A DNA stretch of 64,000 nucleotides from Octopus vulgaris (lineage: Eukaryota). A program made the translations under genes and the position numbers. The notes beneath the pieces are model-generated. The model worked only from the letters and a program-made list of their open reading frames with translations, had not been told where the DNA came from and ran no database searches. This document shows, one piece after another, positions 25,281 through 37,405 of the stretch. Each line of letters begins with the position of its first letter. Position 1 is the first letter of the stretch. The stretch covers positions 42,036,001 to 42,100,000 of the forward strand of contig OX597823.1 in NCBI GenBank assembly GCA_951406725.2, written 5' to 3'.

Positions 25281-26492
25281 TGTCCTCCATTGAATTCCTT
25301 CTAAGTATTCTTTTTTGTAGGTGTTTGTGTACCGGTACTATTTCATGTTTGATTCAAATTTCACTAAGTTTGGATCGCCTTGATAATATGTTAACATATG
25401 CTTTCAGAAATATTAATTCAAATGATGTTTTCTCTCTTTATATATATATATATATATGTTAATACAATAGAAGCAATTGTCAGCTTTGTAAGGTGAGATC
25501 TATAATAAAGATGTAATTTTCTTCATATATATGTTTTGTGGTCAAATAGTCTGAATTTCTCAAAATTCTGCCAAAGAATATTGGGATTCATTTGCCATGC
25601 ATGTGAATTTACCTTGGATGTGTATTCTACTTACATTTACTGGTATCTAATTGTTGAATTTTCTTAACCAAATTCTTTTAAAACTGAGTACTTTATTGAT
25701 GTCTGCGTGGACTTTTCAGTTCCCCTTTTTCTTGTAACTAACTATGTACATATAATAGGCACAGGCACGACTGTGTGGTAAGAACCTTGCTTGTTAACAA
25801 CGTTTGTATATATGTATATATACATTTGTGTGTGTGTTTGTACTTGTTCTCCACCACTTCTTACTAACCAATGTCATCATTTTCATGTCCATTTTTCCAT
25901 GCTACATAAATAAGATGGAATTCATCGAGGCAGGTTTATTGTAACCAGATGCACTTCATGTAACCAATCCTCACCTGTTTCGAAATTACACAATATTTCT
26001 CCAAGGCTTTCATGGAAGACTGGAATCAAACCACACTGCTTGCATGATCATGATACTCATTTACAACTATATTATGTGATGACAAGCCAATGTCACACAA
26101 ACGTGCACACATAAAGAAAGTATATGGTTATAACAACTTTTTTCAGTTTCCATCTACCGTATCTACTCAGTAAGGTTTGGCCAATCTGAATTTTTAGCTG
26201 AAGACACTTGCCCAAAGTACTGTGAAACTGAACTCGAAACCACATGGTTGGAAAGAAAGCTTCTTAATAAGACAGCCACACCATCACCTATATACATACA
26301 AATACACACGCATACACATGAACACATAGTTTAGCAGGAATTAATGGGGCCAAGGTCTGCATTGTGCTCTAGTACTTGCTTTGGCATGGTTTCTATAGTT
26401 CAATGCCTGTTCTAATGTGAAGATGCTCTTATGTATACATTTATATCTTATATATATATGTGTATGTATATATATATATATATATTTGTATT

Positions 26493-26523
<31 letters not shown>

Positions 26524-26556
26524 TTACATGTTTATGTGAGTATACATGCATATACA

Positions 26557-26588
<32 letters not shown>

Positions 26589-26589
26589 C

Positions 26590-27003
26590 TCTTTTCTCTT
26601 TTACTCTTTTACTTGTTTCAGTCATTTGACTGCGGCCATGCTGGAGCACCGCCTTTAGTCGAGCAAATCGACCCCGGGACTTATTCTTTGTAAGCCCAGT
26701 ACTTATTCTATCGGTCTCTTTTTTGCCGAACCGCTAAGTAACGGGGACATAAACACACCAGCATCGGTTGTCAAGCAATGCTAGGGGGACAAACACAGAC
26801 ACACAAACACACACACATATATATATATATACATATATACGACAGGCTTCTTTCAGTTTCCGTCTACCAAATCCACTCACAAGGCATTGGACGGCCCGGG
26901 GCTATAGCAGAAGACACTCGCCCAAGATGCCACGCAATGGGACTGAACCCAGAACCATGTGGTTGGTTAGCAAGCTACTTACCACACAGCCACTCCTGCG
27001 CCT
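26590..27003 (-). mobile_element. Full-length, young-looking CORE-like tRNA SINE; further copies or fragments at 10930-11070(-), 13345-13500(+), 13945-14270(-), 17460-17615(-), 24305-24540(+), 26130-26290(-), 34720-34930(-), 39420-39712(-), 40250-40620(+), 47830-48135(-), 50355-50800(-), 57058-57420(+)
   Basis: Minus strand starts GGCGCAGGAGTGGCTGTGTGGTAAG (A box), GGGTTCAGTCCC (B box), CATCTTGGGCGAGTGTCTT (CORE-like), ends in an AAAAGAG-type tail; CpGs retained. Confidence 0.9.
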
Positions 27004-27102
27004 ATATATATATATATAGAGAGAGAGAGAGATAGAGAGAGTGAGAGAGGGGGCTACATACATAATATTAATAAATCTATTGGGTTTTTTCTCTTTTTCT
27101 AG

Positions 27103-27276
27103 CAATAAGATGCCCAGAATTACATGCACCGCTGAATGGCTACGTGACAGGCTCTGGGAACACATACAACACAGTGTTAAAATTCCACTGTTCCACCGGT
27201 TTCAATATTGTCGGATCCTCAGAGCGGCGATGTATGTCAAATCATCAGTGGAGTGGACAACCAACTCGTTGCGAAG
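27103..27276 (+). CDS. Second Sushi/CCP-domain exon of the same gene (missed by the ORF track, which shows other frames)
   Basis: Acceptor TTTTTTCTCTTTTTCTAG, donor G|GTTACT, 174 bp, phase 1-1; (P)IRCPELHAPLNGYVTGSGNTYNTVLKFHCSTGFNIVGSSERRCMSNHQWSGQPTRCE; joins the first exon in frame (C+CA = Pro). Confidence 0.94.
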
Positions 27277-27948
27277 GTTACTATTCAATGCTTTTCATTA
27301 TATCATTTACATTTTGAAATATTCATTTATCAAATTCTATGTTTATTAATATTTGTTTTGTTTTGTTTTTATGTTCATTTTTTTCAAATGTGACAGATTT
27401 ATGAAACTCACTTTTATATCAGAATTTAGTTTTACTTAATGTTTCACTGACATCTACATATGTTGTGTTGTTCTCGTGGGATACCCATGGTTATTTTGTG
27501 AGATCCTCTTTTTCATTCATTGTTCTTCCATTAACAGTGTATTTTCTGTTGCCCTTAAAAAAGCAGCCAAATATTTTTCTCACAGTCATTACATGTTTTT
27601 ACCTATCTACTCATATTTAAGTATAAGCATGGTGATGTGTTTATGTGCATGTGCGTATGTGTGAACACATGTTCACAACTTATAATAAAGCTGACTGATT
27701 GAGGCTAGATATTGTTTTATGAAGTTGCTTTTATTGATGATAGCTGGAATGTTTGTTGTGTCAATACACGTGTATGGATTTTCTAAAAGCCTCAAGATAA
27801 CTTGACATCAAGACTGGTACAACTGGAAATTGATGCCTGCTGCAAAGAGACATAAAGCTTTTGAAGCCTTACACAAGAACCACCATTAGAAGTATCTACT
27901 TAGTTTGCTTCAGTTTTTACTATGTTATGATCACCTATATACATTACA

Positions 27949-28099
<151 letters not shown>

Positions 28100-28810
28100 A
28101 CAATCAAGTACATTTCAGTAAATTTCATATGACAAAAGTGCAGAGTACTGGATATAATGAATGTAGAGTTAATTTATGTTTTATGTACAAAGAGCACAGT
28201 CAATTCATGCTACTAGAAGTTTCAAATCCTCACTAAGTTATGCAATGCAAGTAGGGTGATCTAACTTTCATTAGAGTTTGTTGATGTGTACAACTGATTC
28301 AGTCAGATGATCAGCCACTTTGTACAATTGCAATATAAAATTATAATTCATTAAAAATAACTCCAATTTTGATAAAGGTGCAACTTGGGGTAGAGCACAC
28401 ATCAAAGGAACCTAACTGGTTCCTTTGATGTAAGCATGGGGGAACCTTTTGATAGCATAAACATCGATCAGCTGATAAAATTATATGTATTAGATATAGG
28501 TTTGGTGAGGAAACAAAGAAAATAGAACTCAAAATATGAGTTTATGTAAAATTTTTTTTATTAATATTTAGCAGTAAGGCAAAAATTCTGTGCTATGTTT
28601 GTCCTGTATAGGAATGATACATTAACTATATCTAAAATTCTTAATGAACATGCTTTAGATAAGCTAAGGGAAAACAATAAATGATAGACCAAAAATCATG
28701 AAGTCTAACAGCATATTCAATCTGTAGGCATAATCTGGCGGCCTCACTTATTGAACCATCACATTTTTACAATTCATGACTTTTGGCTCATATCAGGCTT
28801 TGAATTTTCC

Positions 28811-28882
28811 CAAGAAACTAACTTAACAGTAGTTAATTTCCTGCATGTCATCCTGGATTTATCTACTAGCTCATACAATCCC
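28811..28882 (+). mobile_element. Tiny Penelope-like reverse transcriptase fragment
   Basis: QETNLTVVNFLHVILDLSTSSYNP resembles the PLE RT motif ETNLK.VNFLDVTLDL..G.Y.P. Confidence 0.6.
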
Positions 28883-29369
28883 CCAAGGATTTCAATATCT
28901 TAATTTTTTTTTCAGATTACCCCATCTCTTTTTAACATATATCAGAATATATAGATTTTGTGACTTTGGTTTTAGTGAAAAAAGGTGACATTGATGATTT
29001 TCAGGGTTTGTATGTTTATATTTTTTGTGACAAAATAATAAATTAAAGTGCTAGTTAGGTACTGTGGTTGACATAATTGACAGCCTTCATTTGTCAACTT
29101 TAATAAAAGTTATCCTTCATAATGAAACCAAATATGCTTAAAATTGACCTTTAAAATGTTGACTGAAATATTCAAGTTATAAATTTACATACTACAAAGC
29201 CTTACTGTGGCTGAAATAAGAAAGTAAGCAGATTCCTTTTTAACTTTTAAAATACTGAAAAAGAGGGAAGGGTGTCTCCTGATTGATAGTTTGATGGCTT
29301 GTTAATGATTCTTCAGATAAAAATCACCTTGTTTCTTTCTTCAATAATTGCTTTATATAGTAGCTGTTT

Positions 29370-30390
29370 ACATTGACCCCAGTACTCACTGGTACTTAAT
29401 TTATCGACCCTGAAAGGATAAATGGAAAAGTTGACATCAGCAGAACTTGAACTCAGAATGTGGCAATGAGAGATATACCACTAAACATTTTGCCCAGCAT
29501 GCTAACGATTCTGCTACCTCACTGCCTTGGGTAATAATAATAATAATAATGATTCTTTCAAATTATGGTACAAGGCAATTAATTTTAAAAGGAAGGCTGT
29601 CAATTATGTCAACCACAGTCCCTAACTAGCACTTTGATTTATTTTTTTCTGCTCTAAGCACAAGGTCTGAAATTTGGGGGGCAGTCAATTAGATCAACCT
29701 CAGTATGAAACTGGTACTTAATTTATTGACCCCAAGAGGATGAAGGGCAAAGTTGACCTCAGCAGAGTTTGAACTCAGAATATAAAAACAGGCAAAAAAC
29801 TGCTAAGCATTTTGTCCAGTGCGCTAATGTTTCTGCCAGCTTGGCATTTTAATTTATTGACCCTGGAAGAATGAAAGGCAAAGTTGACCTCGGCAGAATT
29901 TGAACTCATAATGTAAAGAACTGGAAGAAATGCTTGTAAGCATTTCATGCCATATGCTAACAATTCTGCCAATTCACCACCTCAGTAATTCTTTCTATGA
30001 TGATGCACTTTGCTGTCATCTTGTGCAGCATGATAATATCTGGTCATCTTGCTAAATTTCATGGATGGTCTCTACAGAAAAATTCTATACAATCTTAGAC
30101 TGATCACTCTCTTCCACACCCTCCTGTTGTCTGTCAATTATGTCAACCACAGTACCTAACTAGCACTTTAATTTATTCTTTTCTGCTCTAGGCACAAGGC
30201 CCGAAATTTTGGGGGAGGTGGGGGGGCAGTCAATTAGATCAACCTCCATATGCACTTGGTACTTAATGTATCAACCCCGAAAGTATGAAAGGCAAAGTTG
30301 ATCTCAGCAGAGTTTGAACTCAGAATATAAAGACAGACGAAATAATGCTAAGCATTTTGCCCAGTGTGCTAATGTTTTTGCCAGCTCACC
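29370..30390 (-). mobile_element. Cluster of about 4 head-to-tail Nin/Deu-domain tRNA SINEs including a local duplication; other copies at 44125-44230, 45388-45580, 47445-47660(+), 52205-52390(+), 62255-62467
   Basis: Repeated CTGGTACTTAATTTAT.GACCC..AA.GATGAAAGGCAAAGTTGACCTC (reverse complement of the Nin/Deu core) and TTTGAACTCAGAA (B box). Confidence 0.85.
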
Positions 30391-31173
30391 ATTTTACATT
30401 TACTTCAGAACCTCTTTTGATGTAATATGTCTCAATGTAATGCCTTGGCTACACAACGGTGTCTGAGTTTATATTCTTTCTGTATTAAAGGACTACAGAA
30501 ACTTATGGCCCAAAGGGTTCATCTTTCTTTTAACACATTCTGCACTTAACACATTCCATGGTTCTGTCTATTCTTACCTTAATGATATTCATTCATAATG
30601 ATTGGCTTTGAGCAGCTATAATGAGTTCTTCTATTTCTTTCTTGAGTTCATCATTCTTCAACTATAGCCAAAATATTATTTGTTATTGTTGTTACTGTTA
30701 TTCTTGATATAACAATCATGCTGATTATAATGATAATAATTAGCTCAAGACTAAACAAGTAAAGAACCATTGAGATGTTTACCATTTGTTCAATGGTGTA
30801 TCACTCAATGACGAGTAAGAGGTGTAATTGGCTTAAATAAATATATATTGCAAAGTTGAACTTTACAAGAAATGCAAAGAAAATATACAAAAAGAAAAAA
30901 AAATTAATTACAATGAAACAAGATGCTGAAACACTAAATCATGGAAGCAGAGGTTGGGAGGAGAGAGAAAAACCATTGATATGAACTAATAAAAGAAAGA
31001 AGAATTTGAGCAAAATCTAGTAGAAAAAATATAACAAAGTTTGTAGGTTCCGTTTTATTTCCAAGACTTGACATAATAACATCATTAAAAGGACAATTAA
31101 ATTAAACTTATTTGTATTTGTAGCTATCTCTCTATATTCATTTCTGCAAAATCACACTAAACACACTCACTCA

Positions 31174-31213
<40 letters not shown>

Positions 31214-31247
31214 TAAAAGTGTGTGTGTATATATCTATATATTTATT

Positions 31248-31280
<33 letters not shown>

Positions 31281-31317
31281 ACATATATAATATACATATA
31301 TAATATATATAAATATA

Positions 31318-31433
<116 letters not shown>

Positions 31434-31493
31434 GATAAATAACCAGAAAATGGAGAAAACCTCAGATCAACAAACATTTCAATTGGATCATAT

Positions 31494-31916
31494 TTATAGC
31501 TTAATTTTTAATACAAAGTATGACATAACATACAGGTGATGTAACAAATCTTACGACCATTTCTGCATCTGTTGCCAAACACTGCCTATAAATAATTGTG
31601 AAAATAAAATTCTTCATCTTAATAGGACATTTGAATTAAGGCATGATAGATTATATACTTTTAATATATTGGACTTCAACACTTCTTTTTTAGACAATGC
31701 TTTCTTTCCTATTCTTTCTTCTCTTTGTTTATATTGGATGATTATTTTTACTCTGATGAAGCTCTGGGCCTTAATTCGAAGGTCCTATGAAGATGAAGAA
31801 TTTTATTTTCAGAATTATTTATAGACAGTGTTTGGTAATGGATGCAGAAACGGCTGTAAGATTTGTTATGTTACCTGTATGCTATGTCATACTTTGTATT
31901 AAAATTCAAACTATAA
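31494..31916. repeat. Long inverted repeat (arms 31494-31642 and 31768-31916, 125-bp spacer), probably Penelope pseudo-LTR derived
   Basis: 149-bp arms align end to end with scattered substitutions; CTGATGA (31753) ... GAAACGGCTGTA hammerhead-like motif overlaps the right arm. Confidence 0.9.
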
Positions 31917-32050
31917 CTGTTGGGTAACGGATATCGGTAGTATATGCGGATATTTTATCCCATAGTCAGTTATTATAACCACTAACTCTGTTTACACTAT
32001 ATATATATATATATCATGTAGATTTATATATGTATATATATATATATGTC

Positions 32051-32089
<39 letters not shown>

Positions 32090-32935
32090 CTATATATATA
32101 TATATGTATATGTACATATATATATATATATATATTTATATGTATGTATATATATTTATTTTTATATGTATGTATATAGATTATATTTATATGTATGTAT
32201 ATATATTCATATGTATATATATATATACATATGTATATATTTATATGTATATATATATATATATATATATTCATATATCTATGTACATATACATGTATAT
32301 GTATATATGTGCATATATACATTTATATATGTAAGTATATTTATATATATGCTGATATATATATTATATATAAATATCATTGCTTCATAACCACTAACAC
32401 TATGACCACCTCTACCACCATAATTATGACCCCAAACCACTGTCCTCATCATTATCATCATTCTCATAATTAGCTTCTTTGATTGCAACATTCTTAGCTG
32501 CGGCAAAGATCACAACTACAACAATACTAAAGATAATTATAGGTCAGAAATTAATCTAAATCCAAATTACAGAGTTTTTTTTTTCAAGATTTACATACAT
32601 ACACCACACACACACACACACACACACACACCTTTTTTCTATTCAGTGCTTTGTTTCTTTTTTTATATTCAGTATTTTGTTTCTCTTTTTATATTTTCTA
32701 TGCCTGTTCTTGATGTTTGTTTCTTATTAGCATTAAAAGAAGTCAACATGAAATAGTAGAGTGGGAATTACAATTCACTGTGTTAGTGTGTCACAAGTAG
32801 ATTCATAAACAAAATAAGAGTGAAACAGAATAAAGATTCAATAAAGTGTATGTATGTGTGTGTATATATATATATGTATATATATATGTATGTATATATA
32901 TAGATATATATATATATGTGTGTGTGTGTGTGTAT

Positions 32936-32969
<34 letters not shown>

Positions 32970-32971
32970 GC

Positions 32972-33021
<50 letters not shown>

Positions 33022-33034
33022 CACACATATATAT

Positions 33035-33079
<45 letters not shown>

Positions 33080-33167
33080 ACACATGCACACATACATGTG
33101 TGTACGTGTATGCCAGCACCATATCAATATGTGATATAATGGTCACGTAAGATTTTTGCATCTATTC

Positions 33168-33199
<32 letters not shown>

Positions 33200-33873
33200 G
33201 TATGCATATCTATGTTTATGACCAAATGTGTGTGTGTATATATACATATATATACACACACTCACACATATATATCCAAATATATAAATATGTTTATATA
33301 CACACACAGACATGTGCATATGTCTGCATGTGCGTGTATGGTAAACTGAAACTTGAATAACAAAACAATGTTGTACATTTTCTTTTCTAAAAGAAACTCT
33401 TTTTACACCTTTAGCAAGTTATTCCTAATTTTTTCTTATCTAACATTAGTTTTTACTTATTAATACTTACATACCTATACATACATGCACACATACATAT
33501 TCGAATACATATTTGTTTTTTTTTTATAGCTCAACTGAATTTAGGCATTGTTGTTATGTTTGAACTTTTCCATGTATATTTCAACAGTATTGAATTATTT
33601 TTAGCTGTGTCTTATATAGGAAACCTTCATCTAAATACATGTACTGGTTCTAGCAATGGTGATGGTTATGTGCATGATATGGCAATATTTTGTGAGAAGA
33701 TTCTATCGTCTTAAAGACAGAATTTAATAACTAGAATTTATTTTGAAATACAGTTATTATGTATCTATTCTGACCACACCATGCAACTTATAGGTATGTC
33801 ACCTGGTTTTATATCATGAACTCTGAGCCTTGTGAGTGGATCTGGCAAACTGAAACTGAAAGAAATTTACTGT

Positions 33874-34297
33874 CATCATCATCATCATCGTTTAACGTCT
33901 TCTCTCCATGCTAGCATGGGTTGGATGGTTCGACCGGGGTCTGGGAAGCCAGGAGGCTGCACCAGGCTCCAGTCTGATCTGGCAGTGTTTCTACAGATGG
34001 ATGCCCTTTCTAATGCCAACCACTCCGTGAGTGTAATGGGTGCTTTTTACGTGCCACCAGCACAGGTGCCAGACGAGGCTGGCAATGGCCACGATCAGAT
34101 GGTGCTTTTTACGTGGCACCAGCACGGAGGCCAGATGAGGCTGGCAATGGCCACGATCGGAAGGTGCTTTTTACGTGCCACCGGCACGGAGGCCAGTCAG
34201 GGCGGTGCTGGCAACAACCATGTTCGGATGGTTCTGTTAAGTGCCACCTGCACTGGTATCACAGCTACAATTTCCATTGATGTTGATCGATTTCGAT
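33874..34297 (-). mobile_element. RTE 3'UTR fragment with 62-bp tandem units
   Basis: Matches 2571-2880; GTGCTTTTTACGTG at 34040, 34102 and 34164. Confidence 0.88.
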
Positions 34298-34323
34298 AGT
34301 CATTTAATATATACTTCACAACA

Positions 34324-34433
34324 CAAAACAGATAGTAGCATGAATTTAGATACTAATCATCATCACCATTATTATTTAATGGGCAATGGGTGTTAAATGA
34401 TGAGTATCTAAATTCATGCTAGTATATGTTTTG
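34324..34433. other. Short near-perfect hairpin (37-bp arms, 34/37 matching, 36-nt loop)
   Basis: CAAAACAGATAGTAGCATGAATTTAGATACTAATCAT versus reverse complement of 34397-34433, CAAAACATATACTAGCATGAATTTAGATACTCATCAT. Confidence 0.9.
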
Positions 34434-36574
34434 AACTGAGAAAGCACAGCAAACTTACAAGCTTATCGTGTTTTCCCAGCATGAAACTAATAGTGGCTGG
34501 AATTTAAATACTCTGCATATGAAATGATATTTATCTCTCCCTGGTTGATGTACATTTTTTTTTTTTGAGCCTCCCAATAATGGAACACATGTATATCAAA
34601 TTAAATACACAACTGAAAGAGCTAATGGTTTCATGCTGTTATGATACTTGAACAGGCATGTTTATAAAATTTGCCGTGTGTGTGCTAGCATATATTTATC
34701 CCACCCCCAACACACACACGTATTCTTTTATTCTTTTACTTGTTTCAGTCATTTGGTTATGGCCATGCTGGAGCATCACTTTTTAGTCGAACAAATCAAC
34801 CTCAGGACTTATTCTTTGTAAGCTTAGAACTTATTCCATTGGTCTCTTTTGCCAAACTGCTAAGTTATGGTGACATAAACACATCAACGTCAGTTATCAA
34901 GGGATGGTGTGGTGACAAGCACAGATACACAAGCATATATATATATATATCCCAGCATGGCCACAGCTCGTGAGCTGAAACTAGATAAATTTTAAAAAAA
35001 ATATATATATATATATATATATATACGGATACATACTCACTTCTACTTAGCTCGTATTTTTAGAGGGCCACCCAGACATCTCATCACCACCATTCTTATC
35101 TCTCTTCCCACCATCCCCTTGCTCCTCTCATCGTCTTTTCTGCAGTGTGAGTAGCCATGTTCCTGTTCCTTCTCTCACACTTTAACTACTCCTCATCTAC
35201 TAACATAAACCTGCCCCACCATCTATTGTAGCTCCACATAGACAAAAGTGATCTTAATCTTGCAGGCTGCATAGGCACCTCACTATAGTTGGTGCCATAA
35301 AAAAGGCACCCAGTATATGCTGTAAAGTGGTTGGCATAAAGAAAGGCATCCAGCTGTAGAAGCTATGCCAAAACAAAGACTGGAGCACAATGCAGTCTTC
35401 AAATCCATTAGATCCTGTTAAAATGTCCAACCCATGCCAACATGAAACATAGACATTAAATGATGATTATGGTATGTGTGTGTCTCCATGTGTTTGTACT
35501 TCTTCATCTTGATATCATATTATGATTTGTAAATGAGCATCACTATCATACAAATGATGTCATTAATTTCCAATCTTCCATGAAAACATGGCCGGTAATA
35601 GGGAAGTATAAATTTGATTGGAAACAAGTGGTTACCTGAAGGACATCCAGCTAGAGAAAGTGTACCTAAACCATTTCCATCTGACCCATGCAAAAAGAGA
35701 AAGTGCTCAGTAAAATAATAATGATAATCAAGATACATTTGCTAACAATTTTATGATATCGTTATGTTTTAATATGCCAGTCAAATGATGATATGCTGAT
35801 ACATAGCCCCTTATTGAAATATTGTATGTCAAATTGTAAAGCAAAACTTCGTCGTCATTTAAAATCCATGTTCTATGCCAGCATGGTTTGTATGGTTTGA
35901 CAAGATCTGATAGGCCCAAGGACTACATCATACTCTAGTGTTTACTTTGATATCATAGTTTCTGTGGTTGGATAATCTTCTCAACACTAATCACTTTCTA
36001 GAGAGCACTAAAAAAAACGTTACTGTCTTGAGTCATGCCAGCTTATGAGGGCCAGTTTCCCAGTTTCCATGGAGTATAAAATCTCCACCTATACAGGATG
36101 CCAGGCTATCACAGGATTACTTATTTTTGCCAGTTGAGTGGACTGGAGCAATGTGAAATGAATTGCTTTGCTCAAGAAACACAAAACATCACCTGGTCCA
36201 GGAATTGAAACCACTATCTTATGATCATGAGTCCAACACCCTAACCACTGAGCCACATGCTTTCACTCCAGAGAGCACTGGGTGCTTTATATATATCATC
36301 AGCACTGGTAAGACCATCATGCATGAATAAATTCTCTTTTGAATAACTGGGGCTACAGTAGAGAGGGAAGGGTTGCCTTATGCTAGGACATAGAGGGTTT
36401 AAGTATGAAAAAAGGGGCAAGAACAGAACAATAGATATTAATTTCTACAATATTTCAATTTCTTACATTAAAACACTTATATTAATTTCAATATCAACAT
36501 CTGTTGCAAAATTTTTATTCTATGTCATTTAATTTAGTAAATTTTCTAAGGTGGTGTTAGTGAGAATGATACAG

Positions 36575-37405
36575 AATCATAATGTATTAGTTGTCTTTAA
36601 ATAGGATCCTCTTACTCCAATGTACTTGTCGTAGCACTCCAGCCACTGCATGAAGGGCCACAGAAGTCTTCCATAGTAAAGGTGTTCAGGACCCTTGTCA
36701 CAACCACCTTCATCTTCAAAATGACTGTCCCTAAGGTTCTCCTTCAGCTTGTGAGGAACAACCAAGAATTATAAGAAGCAAGGTCTGGACTGTAGGGAGA
36801 ACAAGAAACAGCTTTGATGCCCATCACATCACTTAGCACCCTAGGTACAAACATTGCACAAGTTTTGTGCCTGTTCAGATCTTCATGAATAATTTTGTGT
36901 ACAGTTGCCACACCAACTCCAAACAGAATGCATATTGTTTTTATAGATACACAACAGTCTTCATCTTGAAAATTGGGAATTTCCTCAACCAGCACTGATG
37001 TTCTGATGTCATTCTCTCTTACACACTTCGCATTGTCTCTCACTTCCCCTCAACCATCCTTGAACCTCTTGTGCCAACATAAAAGTCAATTCATAAGCCG
37101 TCTGGAGAATTTCATAAGTTTCTGTAGTATTTTCGCCCAGTTTAACACAAATTATTAATGCATAGCAAGCCTCTAAATTGTCTTTGCATCTGAACTGCAT
37201 TTTGCAAACTAGTCAGCTGTGACAAGCAGTGTTTAACAAGATATGTTTAAGGTGCTGCTACAGCTGTTTTCTTTAGCTTGGAATAACAAAAGATGACAGG
37301 TCACTTGATTAGATGTATAGTTATGATTTACTAAAATCACAATAATCTGGAACAGTTATAACTGCCTCGCCTCAAAAAGTCTGAAAACTTCTGGAATGAA
37401 CCTTG
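36575..37405 (-). mobile_element. Degenerate, internally deleted mariner transposon
   Basis: YALIICVKLGENTTETYEILQTAY (HTH start), TVHKIIHEDLNRHKTCAMFVPRVLS (WVPxxL-like) fused directly to MGIKAVSCSPYSPDLASYNSWLF; one TIR-like end TA|CAAGGTTCATTCCAGAAGTTTTCAGACTTTTT; other TIR not found. Confidence 0.85.

Noticed and set aside
26960-27003. tRNA gene
   Set aside because: A and B boxes are SINE heads continuing into SINE body; no full cloverleaf
27041-27393. ORFs 27041..27349 and 27208..27393
   Set aside because: Wrong-frame overlaps of the real Sushi exon
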